Shown in pieces: positions 33,715 to 43,471 of a stretch of 64,000 nt of DNA. The stretch covers positions 5,630-69,629 of the forward strand of contig SICV01000004.1 in assembly GCA_009694725.1 (NCBI GenBank), read 5' to 3'. A program made the translations under genes and the position numbers. The first letter of the stretch is position 1. Every line of letters begins with the position of its first letter. The notes under the pieces were generated by a model. That model saw nothing but the letters and a program-made list of their open reading frames with translations, did not search any database and was not told the DNA's origin. This DNA is from Candidatus Pacearchaeota archaeon (lineage in GTDB: Archaea; Nanobdellota; Nanobdellia; Pacearchaeales; GW2011-AR1).

Positions 33715-35127
33715 ATGAACCTGAAAGAAACGAACAAAAACGTCTGGGAACTGAAACAAGAAGGAACTATGCGCGTTCCGGGAAGAATCATTGCTTCCCA
33801 AGCCCTCCTCAATGGGATCACGAAAGACGGAAAGACCCTCCAACAACTCGCTAATATGGCAAGCCTTCCCGGTATTCTCAGTCCTGCGTGCGTCATGCCT
33901 GATGCACATCAAGGCTACGGCTTCCCCATTGGAGGTGTCGCCGCATTTGATCTAAAAGATGGAATCATTTCTCCTGGAGGCGTTGGCTATGATATTAATT
34001 GTGGGGTCCGCCTCCTCAGAACAGGCATCACCGCAAAAGACTTCCTCAAAGAACGCGAACACATTCTCACCGACCTCCAAAAAGCCGTCCCAACAGGTGT
34101 CAAACCTTCGACACACAAACTAACTCCCGCAGAACTTATCCAGATCCTCACCACCGGCCTCAACTGGGCAGTCAAGCATGGGTACGCCACCACAGCAGAC
34201 CAGGCCTGCTGTGAAGATAACGGAAGCCTTGAAGGAAATGCAAAGGCAGTCAGTCCCCGCGCCCAAGAGCGCGCCCTCCAGCAACTCGGCACACTTGGAT
34301 CAGGCAATCATTTTCTCGAATGTCAGTTCGTTGAAACCATCTACGATGCAAAAACAGCCAAGGCATTCGAACTCGCCGAACAAGAACTGGTGATCATGAT
34401 TCATTGTGGGAGCCGCGGACTCGGTCATCAAGTCGCAAGCGACTACATCATGAAAATGGAAAAAGAATACGGATTCAAACATCTCCCTGATCGAGAACTT
34501 GCCTATGCCCCATTGAACAGTAAACTCGGTGTCGAGTATCGAGTGGCAATGAATGCTGCTGCAAACTTTGCATTTGTGAATCGTCAGATGATCACGCACG
34601 CAATTCGTCGGGTATTCAAAACATATTTCCCCAAAAACGACATCACGATCGTGTACGATATCGCACACAACATTGCAAAATGGGAAGAACATGAGATCAA
34701 TGGCAAACGATGCGAAGTCTGCGTGCATAGAAAGGGAGCAACTCGCTCATTTGGTCCTGGCAGAGCAGAACTCCCCCCACACTATAGAAAAATCGGTTGT
34801 CCCATCTTCCTCCCGGGTAGTATGGGTACCTATTCGTACGTCCTCCTCGGCACACACGAAGCAGAGCGCCTCACCTTCGGATCAACGGCACATGGCGCGG
34901 GACGTGTCCTAAGCAGAACCTTTGCCATCAATAACCTCAAACCAGAGGCAGTCAAAGCACAACTTGCCAAAGCAAACGTCATGCTCAAAGGGGCAAGTAC
35001 CAAAGGGATGCTCGAAGAAGCTCCCCAAGCCTACAAAGATGTGAATGAAGTTGCCAAAGTGAGCAACGACCTTGGCATCGGCACCCTCGTTGCTCGACTT
35101 AAACCCCTTGCGGTACTCAAAGGCTAA
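33715..35127 (+). CDS. rtcB: RNA-splicing ligase RtcB
   Basis: MPDAHQGYGFPIGG, GGVGYDINCGVR, GSGNHF, HCGSRGLGHQ, HRKGAT, GSMGTYSYVL and TAHGAGR. Normal length, so no intein. Confidence 0.97.
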   Translation: MNLKETNKNVWELKQEGTMRVPGRIIASQALLNGITKDGKTLQQLANMASLPGILSPACVMPDAHQGYGFPIGGVAAFDLKDGIISPGGVGYDINCGVRLLRTGITAKDFLKEREHILTDLQKAVPTGVKPSTHKLTPAELIQILTTGLNWAVKHGYATTADQACCEDNGSLEGNAKAVSPRAQERALQQLGTLGSGNHFLECQFVETIYDAKTAKAFELAEQELVIMIHCGSRGLGHQVASDYIMKMEKEYGFKHLPDRELAYAPLNSKLGVEYRVAMNAAANFAFVNRQMITHAIRRVFKTYFPKNDITIVYDIAHNIAKWEEHEINGKRCEVCVHRKGATRSFGPGRAELPPHYRKIGCPIFLPGSMGTYSYVLLGTHEAERLTFGSTAHGAGRVLSRTFAINNLKPEAVKAQLAKANVMLKGASTKGMLEEAPQAYKDVNEVAKVSNDLGIGTLVARLKPLAVLKG

Positions 35128-35166
35128 CCAACACCCTTTTAAACCATACTTTGAGAACATCTCCCC

Positions 35167-35943
35167 ATGGCATCAAAAGCACCTTCACTTTCTCAAGACT
35201 ATGTTCATGCAATACACGTGATGAATGGTGCGCCAAAAGCAGCAGCAATGTTTATACTTACAGGAGAAAAAAAACTAACCGGATCAGAAATGCACGCAGG
35301 CATTGTAGACATTCTCGGGTCAAAAAAGGGAGTTCCACACAAAGCCGCATTCAGAAGTTATGGACTTGAAACACTCGTCCCCCATGGCTTCGCACAAAGT
35401 CAGACTGCTCCCTACAATAGACGAACGAACATAACCTGCTTTGCCCCCACAGAAAAAGGAAATCAGCTCGGATTTGGAGCCGCAACATGTGCACTTGAAT
35501 GGAGTGCACATACGGGACTATCTCTTTCAGAGATATTAGGTGAATCTGCAAGTCGAGAAAAGAAACGAGGACCTGAAACACGTTCACAAATACTTATGTA
35601 TCTCGATCAAGTAGGAGAGACCTACCTCAAAGATATCGCTCGAGCAGTAGACACAGATCCTGCTATTTTGAATAAACATAAAAAAGCATTACTAAAAGTG
35701 GGGATGATTGAATGTATCGAAGACGGAGCATATGTACAGGTACATTTAACAGGAAGAGGAAGAAACGTATTAGATACGTGTCTCTATCCTCTCCGTGCAG
35801 CAACACAATCTCCTGCTGATTTACAAGCATTGATAGAAGTAGGGCATTTGTTATACGATGCAGAGTTAAGAAAAGAGATATTTTCAAAAGCATTTGCAAG
35901 CCATACCTTGAAACATCATCACCTGCCCCGCTCACAAAGGTAA
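35167..35943 (+). CDS. winged-helix DNA-binding protein (ArsR/MarR-like wHTH in the C-terminal half)
   Basis: ETRSQILMYLDQVGETYLKDIARAVDTDPAILNKHKKALLKVGMIE...VHLTGRGR. TATA box 30 nt upstream. Its 3' end overlaps the convergent zwf gene by 12 nt. Confidence 0.5.
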   Translation: MASKAPSLSQDYVHAIHVMNGAPKAAAMFILTGEKKLTGSEMHAGIVDILGSKKGVPHKAAFRSYGLETLVPHGFAQSQTAPYNRRTNITCFAPTEKGNQLGFGAATCALEWSAHTGLSLSEILGESASREKKRGPETRSQILMYLDQVGETYLKDIARAVDTDPAILNKHKKALLKVGMIECIEDGAYVQVHLTGRGRNVLDTCLYPLRAATQSPADLQALIEVGHLLYDAELRKEIFSKAFASHTLKHHHLPRSQR

Positions 35944-37092
35944 CATTCCATCGGGATATAAAGTAAATCGAATAGTCTGTTTCATACGTTCAAGCTCATC
36001 AACAAGGCGCCACCCTTCCAGAATTTCATCTTCCCGCGCGAACCATTCCCGTTTCCCTTCGACTAATTCAGTAAACAAGAAGGCATATCCATCTGCATGC
36101 TTCGTTTCTCCTCGCGGATTAATCTCGAGCACCTCTTCGGTGCCATCACGATACAAAATAACAATCTCAGCATATCGCTCAGGCAGTTGCTTGCCAGTCT
36201 CCAACACCAAAGGCACCCCTTCCCACCGGGGCAACGATGAATACACCGTGACACGAGCAAACGTTTCAGTTGCCCGCGCAGGTAATCCTGCTTTCTGTAC
36301 CTCCGACGGATAGGATGCATACTGCCCCAACCTCTGCTCCTCCGGTTTCCCGAGAGAAAGCGATTCTAATACAGCGTCCTTTGCATCATGCATTGTTTCT
36401 GCATCTTCCACACGAGGAGTTTTCAACAAGATCAGCGATAACACTTGTAACAAATGATTCTGAATCATATCTTTGAGCGCCCCCGTCGTATGATAATAGG
36501 ACAATCGCTCGCCGACGCCAGCAGATTCATGTGCGCGGAGTGTAATCTTCGCAACATGCCCTGCAAAAAGTCGTTCCTCAAACACTTGATCAGTCATCTT
36601 CCGTTTGACCAATGCATGCACCTGTTCTTTCGCCAAATAATGATCAATCCGAAAAAGCTGTTCTTCGGTAAATACCTGTTTCAATCGCGCATCAAGTGTT
36701 CGTGCAGAGAGCCCATCAACTCCAAACGGTTTTTCAAACACCACTTTGACATCATCACAGATATGCAACCCAAACCGTTCAATTCCCATCACAATCGGGG
36801 TAAAAAATGTGTATCCCGTTGCTACATAAAAAATGCGTGTGTCATACGCATGCAACACCGTACTGAGTGCGATCAAACTCTCTGATTCGCTGATATCTGC
36901 CTGCACATACTGCAAGTCAAGCAATGCATCATCGGCTAAACCAATAAAATTACGATACTGTACCGTAGAAAAACTTCGTCTCCCCACCGCAATCACGGTA
37001 ACAGCAGGTGCAGACAACAAAACAAGTGCAGGCAACACTTTTTTCTTCACTAAATCACCAGTACTCCCAAACAATACAAATGCAGTCGCCAT
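35932..37092 (-). CDS. zwf: glucose-6-phosphate 1-dehydrogenase, short form (386 aa)
   Basis: FGSTGDLVKKKVLPAL, EKPFG, RIDHYLAKE, DMIQNHLLQVL and WEGVPLVLETGKQL. ATG at 37092 chosen by TATA spacing. Confidence 0.8.
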   Translation of the reverse strand: MATAFVLFGSTGDLVKKKVLPALVLLSAPAVTVIAVGRRSFSTVQYRNFIGLADDALLDLQYVQADISESESLIALSTVLHAYDTRIFYVATGYTFFTPIVMGIERFGLHICDDVKVVFEKPFGVDGLSARTLDARLKQVFTEEQLFRIDHYLAKEQVHALVKRKMTDQVFEERLFAGHVAKITLRAHESAGVGERLSYYHTTGALKDMIQNHLLQVLSLILLKTPRVEDAETMHDAKDAVLESLSLGKPEEQRLGQYASYPSEVQKAGLPARATETFARVTVYSSLPRWEGVPLVLETGKQLPERYAEIVILYRDGTEEVLEINPRGETKHADGYAFLFTELVEGKREWFAREDEILEGWRLVDELERMKQTIRFTLYPDGMLPL

Positions 37093-37222
37093 AACGCAGA
37101 ACAAAAAAGGAACTATAAAAACAAATCCCCTCTCATGACAAATATCGTTCATCACTCACTGCTATTCCTGAACCAAGTATTCAAACGTACAAGCGATACC
37201 AATCCAAGGAAAAAAGAAAGGA

Positions 37223-37483
37223 TTAATGAATATAGCTTGGAGGAGAAGAAACTTGATTTCGGTGTACCGAAGTGTCCCCAACATGAGTTCGGTTTATATG
37301 CTCCAAAGCCACACCATCGCTCGAAGTCAACGGATGCCTCAGCTTCTTCAACACCAAGAGCCCTTTGTATTCATACACCCCCAACATATCCCCCTCACTC
37401 ATCTCCAACTTCTCTCGAATATGTAACGGCACCACAATTTGCCCCTTGCTACTCACCCGCGTCACGTCCAACCCTCGTTTCAT
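37223..37483 (-). CDS. AbrB/SpoVT/MazE-type DNA-binding protein (antitoxin-like)
   Basis: VSSKGQIVVPLHIREKLEMSEGDMLGV...LVLKK is a swapped-hairpin barrel motif. TTATATAG box 30 nt upstream. The C-terminal tail is of doubtful significance. Confidence 0.65.
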   Translation of the reverse strand: MKRGLDVTRVSSKGQIVVPLHIREKLEMSEGDMLGVYEYKGLLVLKKLRHPLTSSDGVALEHINRTHVGDTSVHRNQVSSPPSYIH

Positions 37484-37561
37484 ACCAATAGTAAGATTAT
37501 CTTACTATATAAGGCTTCTGGGGGAAGAAAGAGCTATAAAGAGCTGAAGATATGTCACACT

Positions 37562-37696
37562 ATGAAAGCGGAAGAAAAAGAAAATCTTGTCTGGATGATG
37601 CTTGCTCAGCAATCTATGAATACAATAGGGGACAATACTCAGGATAATGCTCTATGGCAACACTACCTAACAGAAAAAGAACGTAAACTCAGATGA
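37562..37696 (+). CDS. micro-ORF, 44 aa (MKAEEKENLVWMMLAQQSMNTIGDNTQDNALWQHYLTEKERKLR)
   Basis: CTATAAAG box 28 nt upstream. Divergent from the AbrB-like gene. No family recognised. Confidence 0.35.
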   Translation: MKAEEKENLVWMMLAQQSMNTIGDNTQDNALWQHYLTEKERKLR

Positions 37697-37908
37697 CCAG
37701 TCAAAACTCCTAAACCGTATAATCCTATTCATTTATTTTTTCATCGAGGAAAGATTCAAAAACCCTTTCTTCATCATCCAGACAAGAGGTATGAAGACTT
37801 TGTTCCCTTTCTTCTTCGTCTGATCTCTTAGTGGTCCATGCATATGTATCACTCGAAAAAAAGGAAGTTATGCGCATACAAATAGAGTACACACACCTAT
37901 AAAAGACT

Positions 37909-39699
37909 ATGGAAAACAAGCCAAAGACCTACAAAATTGAACATTGGGCAAACCTCAAAGGCTATGCTCTCTTTCTAAAACCCTATTCGGGATACATTTT
38001 CTTACTGTTATGTATTGTCAGTGCTCGTGAAGTAGCCCGAGTAATTGACAAATTTTTATTCACTATAATTATAGACCATGGAACAAACCTCCAAGCAGGA
38101 ACACTATCAAAAGAACTGTTCGTTACTATGTTAGGAAGTGTAGCGCTTGCATATGGGGCAATAACCTTGGCAAAATCTCTTGCAAGTTGGTCACAAGTCA
38201 ATATTATTAACAAAATAGATGGCAATTTAATGTATGACCTTAAAAATAAGTACTTCCCGCATATTCTCGGCCTTTCACATAATTTCCATACCACTCATAA
38301 AACTGGCTCCCTCATTGCTCGATTAGGACGAGGAGCAGGAGCAATGGAGCGTATGACTGATTTCATCGGGTTCAATATTGTTCCATTGTTCATTCAAATA
38401 ATCTTGACCAGCATTTCCCTCATGTATATCGACACAAAGGTGGGGATTGTCATCGGCGCAACCGTATTTATCTTCGTAGGCTATACGCTTCTGATTCAAA
38501 AATTACAAGACCCTGCACGTGCTGCAGAAAACGAAGCAGAGGATAGAGAGAAAGGTGCAATATCAGACATATTCACCAACATCGAGGCTATCAAGTATTA
38601 TGGAAAAGAACAGTTTATGATTGCATATTATCGAAAACTCGCCACAAAAAGCAAAGCAGCGCTTATACGAAATTGGAATTGGGCGCGATGGAACGATGCA
38701 GGACATATCTTAATTGTCAGCCTAGGCACGCTTGCAGTCATTATTGCACCAATTCAACAATTCCTTGCAGGAGCCATTACCATCGGGACACTGGTATTTG
38801 TTTATACATTGTACGCGGAATTATTCTTAAACCTCTACGGATTTAGTTATGGTATTCGAGGATTTTATAGAAGCATGGCAGATTTCCAAGACATTTTTGA
38901 ATATGGTAAAGTACACAACGATATCAAAGATCTCCCCAACGCTCCCCCCATGCGCGTCTCAGAGGGAACGATAGAATACAAAGATATGACCTTCAAGTAC
39001 GGGAATCGTACCATCTTCACAAACTTCTCATTAGACATCAAACAAAATGAGAAGGTAGCACTCGTAGGCCATTCAGGTTCAGGCAAATCAACTCTCATCA
39101 AACTGCTCTATCGCCTGTACGATCTTGACAAAGGAAGAATCCTGATTGACGGCAGAGATATCAAAACAGTCAAACAAGAATCACTCAGAAGTGAATTAGC
39201 AATTGTCCCGCAAGAAGCCGTGCTCTTTGATGACACCATTTACAACAACATTCTCTTCTCACACCCCACGGCAACCAGAAAAGAAGTGCTCCAAGCAATT
39301 AAATTCGCCCAATTAGATACCATCATTGCACAATTTCCCCTCAAAGAAAACACGATCGTGGGACAACGAGGAGTCAAACTCTCCGGAGGAGAAAAACAAC
39401 GTATCTCCATCGCTCGCGCTCTCTTAGCAAACAAACGTATCCTCGTCTTAGACGAAGCAACCTCCTCTCTTGACTCTCAGACCGAACACGAAATTCAAGC
39501 AGATCTCAAGAAGCTACTCGAAGGACGCACGGCGATTATCATCGCCCATCGCCTCTCTACCATTATGCACGCAGATAAGATCGTCGTGCTCGACAAAGGA
39601 ACAATCGTCCAAATGGGCACCCATCGTCAACTCATCACCAAACCAGGAAGATACCGCCAACTCTGGAATCTGCAAAAGGGCGGGTATATTGGGGAATAA
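37909..39699 (+). CDS. ABC exporter, fused permease-ATPase (ABCB/MsbA-like)
   Basis: Six-TM N-terminal domain, then GHSGSGKST (Walker A), LSGGEKQR (signature) and ILVLDEATSSLD (Walker B). Confidence 0.9.
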   Translation: MENKPKTYKIEHWANLKGYALFLKPYSGYIFLLLCIVSAREVARVIDKFLFTIIIDHGTNLQAGTLSKELFVTMLGSVALAYGAITLAKSLASWSQVNIINKIDGNLMYDLKNKYFPHILGLSHNFHTTHKTGSLIARLGRGAGAMERMTDFIGFNIVPLFIQIILTSISLMYIDTKVGIVIGATVFIFVGYTLLIQKLQDPARAAENEAEDREKGAISDIFTNIEAIKYYGKEQFMIAYYRKLATKSKAALIRNWNWARWNDAGHILIVSLGTLAVIIAPIQQFLAGAITIGTLVFVYTLYAELFLNLYGFSYGIRGFYRSMADFQDIFEYGKVHNDIKDLPNAPPMRVSEGTIEYKDMTFKYGNRTIFTNFSLDIKQNEKVALVGHSGSGKSTLIKLLYRLYDLDKGRILIDGRDIKTVKQESLRSELAIVPQEAVLFDDTIYNNILFSHPTATRKEVLQAIKFAQLDTIIAQFPLKENTIVGQRGVKLSGGEKQRISIARALLANKRILVLDEATSSLDSQTEHEIQADLKKLLEGRTAIIIAHRLSTIMHADKIVVLDKGTIVQMGTHRQLITKPGRYRQLWNLQKGGYIGE

Positions 39700-39702
39700 A
39701 AA

Positions 39703-40551
39703 TTAATCAACGAACTTAATTTTCATCGCATCAATTAACTGCCGGGCTTCAGCAGCTTTAGCGTACTCTTCTGTAGCAACATACTGCACCAACGAACAAT
39801 GTGTTGCTTGATACTCTTGCACATGCTGGGAACGGCATGCCGGTTGCACAAATGCAGATGCAAGTTCACATAAAGAAGTTTCTAAAAAAGTACCAGCCCC
39901 AAACCCCTCTAATTCTTCTCGAAGAACCATCAGGCCAGCAGTATCTTTTTTAGCTCGCGCAAGAGTCAAAGGATCTAAAAATCGATTGACAAGATACGGG
40001 AGGAGAGGTGTTTCCTCAGGAAGGTCACGTACTGAAGTAAGGGAAAATGTATGGGGGATTTTTTTGACAAAACTATCCAAGCTTCCCGAACGCTCAAAGA
40101 ATTCAGAAAGCCTTGCCTGATACAAGTGTGAAACAGCATATACTGCTTCATGCAATCGTAGCGAATTATGATAGGACCCTACAAAAATAACATCTTCATG
40201 AGGAGTAAGGGGAAGTAACGATTCAGCAGACGAAGATAATTGAAACGTGAACGAAGGAAGATACGAAATCGTGCGTATACCTTCCTCTTCAGCCACAGCA
40301 TGCATCTGAGGAGTAACCTGAGCCATACCTTCCCGAATAAGTTCAGCAGGAACATCTAATTTCTGCACTCCCTCATGACTCTGTAAGGTATGAAAAACGC
40401 CCCAAATCTGACGAGAAGCGAGTGCTTCTAACCGCGGATGTTCAAAATAAGATCTATCCGCAAGCAGTCGCAAGTCCTTGCTAAATGCTACGCCATATAC
40501 AATCGCCCGTCCCTGAGGACTAAGCTCATTTCCCTGAACCCATTTGAACAT
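39703..40551 (-). CDS. hypothetical protein, 282 aa, with a UVR-like C-terminal helix
   Basis: The C-terminal EEYAKAAEARQLIDAMK resembles the UvrB/UvrC-type UVR motif. The rest is not recognised. TATA box 30 nt upstream. Confidence 0.55.
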   Translation of the reverse strand: MFKWVQGNELSPQGRAIVYGVAFSKDLRLLADRSYFEHPRLEALASRQIWGVFHTLQSHEGVQKLDVPAELIREGMAQVTPQMHAVAEEEGIRTISYLPSFTFQLSSSAESLLPLTPHEDVIFVGSYHNSLRLHEAVYAVSHLYQARLSEFFERSGSLDSFVKKIPHTFSLTSVRDLPEETPLLPYLVNRFLDPLTLARAKKDTAGLMVLREELEGFGAGTFLETSLCELASAFVQPACRSQHVQEYQATHCSLVQYVATEEYAKAAEARQLIDAMKIKFVD

Positions 40552-40621
40552 GGAAAAAGCACTAACTCTTCCTTTTTAAAGAAACCGTTAGCCTTTAATA
40601 CTTCCAACAAAGCAAAAAAGT

Positions 40622-41248
40622 ATGGCAACACACTACATACTCGATACCTCTGCCTTATTTCCAAAGAGAGGAAAAAACTATGGCCAATGGGATGTGACTG
40701 GCTTTCAAAAAGGAATTGAAGCGCTCGAAGAAATAGAGTTACTCTTTACTAAGGGCATTGTCTCATGTGTCCCTCAAATGCTTGAAGAACTCGAAGCTGC
40801 ACGAAGAACCATTGAATATGCTATCACACAAGTCGGAGAGGGCGCCACCACAAATGCCTATTATTCTCTTTTTTCACAGATGCGCGATCAATGCCACGAA
40901 AGTATCTATGAGTGGGGAAAAGAACGAGGCCTTAAAAAAGAAATTGGAAAATACGCGCACCATTGGACACGTAGACATAATCAACATTTAGATAAAAGAA
41001 AATTAGGGGGGAAATTAGAAACCGATAAACATCTTATAACGGCAACCATCGTACGAGGGTTAGAGGGGGAAGCATGCCTCGTCACACGCGATCGTGATCT
41101 TCGAGAAAGTTTCAAAGCAACACTCGTTGATGTTATTCAAGGGGGCGCATTACAAGAACACTTTCCCCGCTTATTTAGCATCTATCATTTTGAAAGCGAC
41201 AGAAAGAAACCCCTCACACGAGGAGAACCCTATAGTCTTCAACCCTAA
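40622..41248 (+). CDS. PIN-domain protein (208 aa, with insertion)
   Basis: YILDTSALF at the N-terminus, and acidic residues in EELE, ETDKHLI and LVTRDRDL at PIN-like positions. There is no adjacent antitoxin gene. Confidence 0.55.
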   Translation: MATHYILDTSALFPKRGKNYGQWDVTGFQKGIEALEEIELLFTKGIVSCVPQMLEELEAARRTIEYAITQVGEGATTNAYYSLFSQMRDQCHESIYEWGKERGLKKEIGKYAHHWTRRHNQHLDKRKLGGKLETDKHLITATIVRGLEGEACLVTRDRDLRESFKATLVDVIQGGALQEHFPRLFSIYHFESDRKKPLTRGEPYSLQP

Positions 41249-41266
41249 TCGTTACAAAAACTCTAT

Positions 41267-41560
41267 TCAATTGAGTACAATGCCCTCTCTCGAAACAACC
41301 CTCAACGGCACTCCTCGTTGACGCATCGTACCACGCGCTCGATACAACACATAACTTCCTGAACACACCACAAATTCCTGCACTAACCCATACCGCAACC
41401 CCTCAATCCAATACTGTCGGGATTCATCCCGCTCGCCAGAATCATCAATATGAATTTGATGCTCAAAAATATGACTTGGATATTCTTTCAATAACTGATC
41501 ATATAAGTCTGCATCATCAGTTACTAAGTTCACTAATGTAGAGGGGTTAATACGAAGCAT
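41267..41560 (-). CDS. hypothetical protein, 97 aa
   Basis: Its ATG is 28 nt from the shared A/T box at 41581-41588. No motif recognised. Confidence 0.5.
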   Translation of the reverse strand: MLRINPSTLVNLVTDDADLYDQLLKEYPSHIFEHQIHIDDSGERDESRQYWIEGLRYGLVQEFVVCSGSYVLYRARGTMRQRGVPLRVVSREGIVLN

Positions 41561-41580
41561 AAATCTAAAGGGAGCGTAAT

Positions 41581-41588
41581 TTTTTAAA
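41581..41588. promoter_or_regulatory. single A/T box (TTTTTAAA) shared by divergent genes starting at 41560 (-) and 41610 (+)
   Basis: The start codons are 50 nt apart and the box is 28-29 nt from each. Confidence 0.45.
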
Positions 41589-41609
41589 TGTACCGATACT
41601 CAATAAAAC

Positions 41610-42182
41610 ATGAAACCAATCTACATCATCGAGCACCTTGAACCGGAATTGGGACCGTGGTGCATGTTCGAATATGAACGCATTGCTGAGATTGTAGGTA
41701 AAGACAACCTCTGGTTCACCAACATCCCCCAGTCCACGAAAGAACTTGAAGCACTTGGTATAGTCAAGAAAGAATCAGTTAAAACCATGCACCTTCAGAA
41801 TACGTGTGTCCTTGACCCCGAAGCAAAGGAACTCTTAACACCCAACAACGTCAAGCCCTATCAGTACCTCATCATTGGCGGAATCTTAGGCGATTACCCT
41901 CCCAAGAAACGCACCACAAAGGAACTCACGCAGTTCGTCAAAGGCGCAGATGCCTACCACATCGGGAAAAAGCAATTCTCAACGGATAACGCTGTGTACA
42001 TCGTTAACCAAATCGTCAAAGGCACACCCTTCACCAGTATCAAAACGAAATACAAAATCTCCATCAAAGTAGATGACATCGCCTCCATTGACCTCCCGTA
42101 TTGTTATCCTCTTGACAACAAAGGCAACCCCCTTATGAGCCATAAGCTCCTCCACTATCTCAAAACAAAAGAAGGGTTTTAA
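41610..42182 (+). CDS. predicted SAM-dependent RNA methyltransferase (DUF431/Bmt5-like SPOUT family), tentative
   Basis: The N-terminal KPIYIIEHLEPELGPWCMFEY pattern and ~190 aa size resemble that family. This is recalled from memory only. Confidence 0.4.
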   Translation: MKPIYIIEHLEPELGPWCMFEYERIAEIVGKDNLWFTNIPQSTKELEALGIVKKESVKTMHLQNTCVLDPEAKELLTPNNVKPYQYLIIGGILGDYPPKKRTTKELTQFVKGADAYHIGKKQFSTDNAVYIVNQIVKGTPFTSIKTKYKISIKVDDIASIDLPYCYPLDNKGNPLMSHKLLHYLKTKEGF

Positions 42183-42293
42183 TCCTGCTGAGCTCCCTAT
42201 ACTCAAAGAGAAAAAAAGTAATCATAACGTTATGACTACCTAATTATCATTATATCACTCAATGTAACCATAAGAAGTAAGAGGATTCAGATA

Positions 42294-43424
42294 TCATTTC
42301 TTACTATAATTCTTAATAAATGTCTTCTTAAATTTCCCAAATGTCCCCACCTTAATCGCCTTCCGCACTCTTCGCATCAATTCCTGCAAGAAATACAAAT
42401 TATGATAACTCGCTAACTGATACCCTACCCCTTCTTCATTCCGAATCAAATGGCACACATACGCCCGAGAATATCGCTTACAAACTGAACAATCACACGA
42501 TTCATCTAACGGCTTCAACGATGCCTTATGTTCCGCATTCGTCACAATATATTTCCCCTTCCAGGAAAAGATGTTCCCATGCCGGGCATTCATGGTCGGA
42601 AACCGAGAATCAAAAATATCGCATCCGCGCTCAATCGCCTCAAGTAATTCAATCGGATTCCCCGCGCCCATCAAATACACCGGCTTGTTCCGGGGTAAAT
42701 ACTCCTGACAGACCTCAATCATCCGATATTCCTCCTCTTTTGCTTCACCCAGCGCTAATCCTCCAATTGCAAACCCATCAAAGTCAAGTTCAGTCAATGC
42801 CCCAGCAGAAATCCGACGCAAGTCGTCATGCACGCCCCCTTGCACAATCCCAAACAACAACTGTCGCTTCCCTTTCGAAACCTTCTTCTGCAACGTATCA
42901 TGTGTTTCCTTGCATCGTCTCGCCCACGAACTCGTACGATTAACTGCCAGCGCCACAGCATCCTTTGAATGTTCAATTAAAGGCATCGTATCGAAACACA
43001 TTGCCACATCACTTCCCAAATCAAGCTGTAACTGCATATTCTGCTCAGGAGTCATAAAGATGCGTTCCCCAGAATACGGATTCTTGAACTCAACGCCTAG
43101 GTCATTTGAACCCTTGTACAACGAAGGAGAATACATCTGGAACCCACCCGAATCCGTAAACATAACGCCCGTATACGTGGATAACGTATGAATTCCCCCT
43201 ACTTTCTTCACAATCTTCGCTCCCGGACGAAGAGATAACACAAATGAGTTGCTAATCGTTGCCTGTGCACCCATCTCTTCAAGCATCTCCGGAGATATAT
43301 GCTTCACTGCAGTCTTGGTCGCCACGGGCATAAAAACGGGAGTCTCCACGCTTCCTGAGCGGGTCTTCAATCTCCCTACCCTTGCCAAAGAGTGTGCATC
43401 TTTCACAAGAACAGTAAATGCCAT
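42294..43424 (-). CDS. tgt: tRNA-guanine transglycosylase family enzyme, catalytic domain only (no PUA or C-terminal domains)
   Basis: FMPVATK, FTDSGGFQ, the zinc site CDCSVC...H, and ~376 aa length. Confidence 0.9.
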   Translation of the reverse strand: MAFTVLVKDAHSLARVGRLKTRSGSVETPVFMPVATKTAVKHISPEMLEEMGAQATISNSFVLSLRPGAKIVKKVGGIHTLSTYTGVMFTDSGGFQMYSPSLYKGSNDLGVEFKNPYSGERIFMTPEQNMQLQLDLGSDVAMCFDTMPLIEHSKDAVALAVNRTSSWARRCKETHDTLQKKVSKGKRQLLFGIVQGGVHDDLRRISAGALTELDFDGFAIGGLALGEAKEEEYRMIEVCQEYLPRNKPVYLMGAGNPIELLEAIERGCDIFDSRFPTMNARHGNIFSWKGKYIVTNAEHKASLKPLDESCDCSVCKRYSRAYVCHLIRNEEGVGYQLASYHNLYFLQELMRRVRKAIKVGTFGKFKKTFIKNYSKK

Positions 43425-43471
43425 AGAATGAATATCAAAAAGTGTGCTTTAAAGCTATCGAAAGAACGTAA

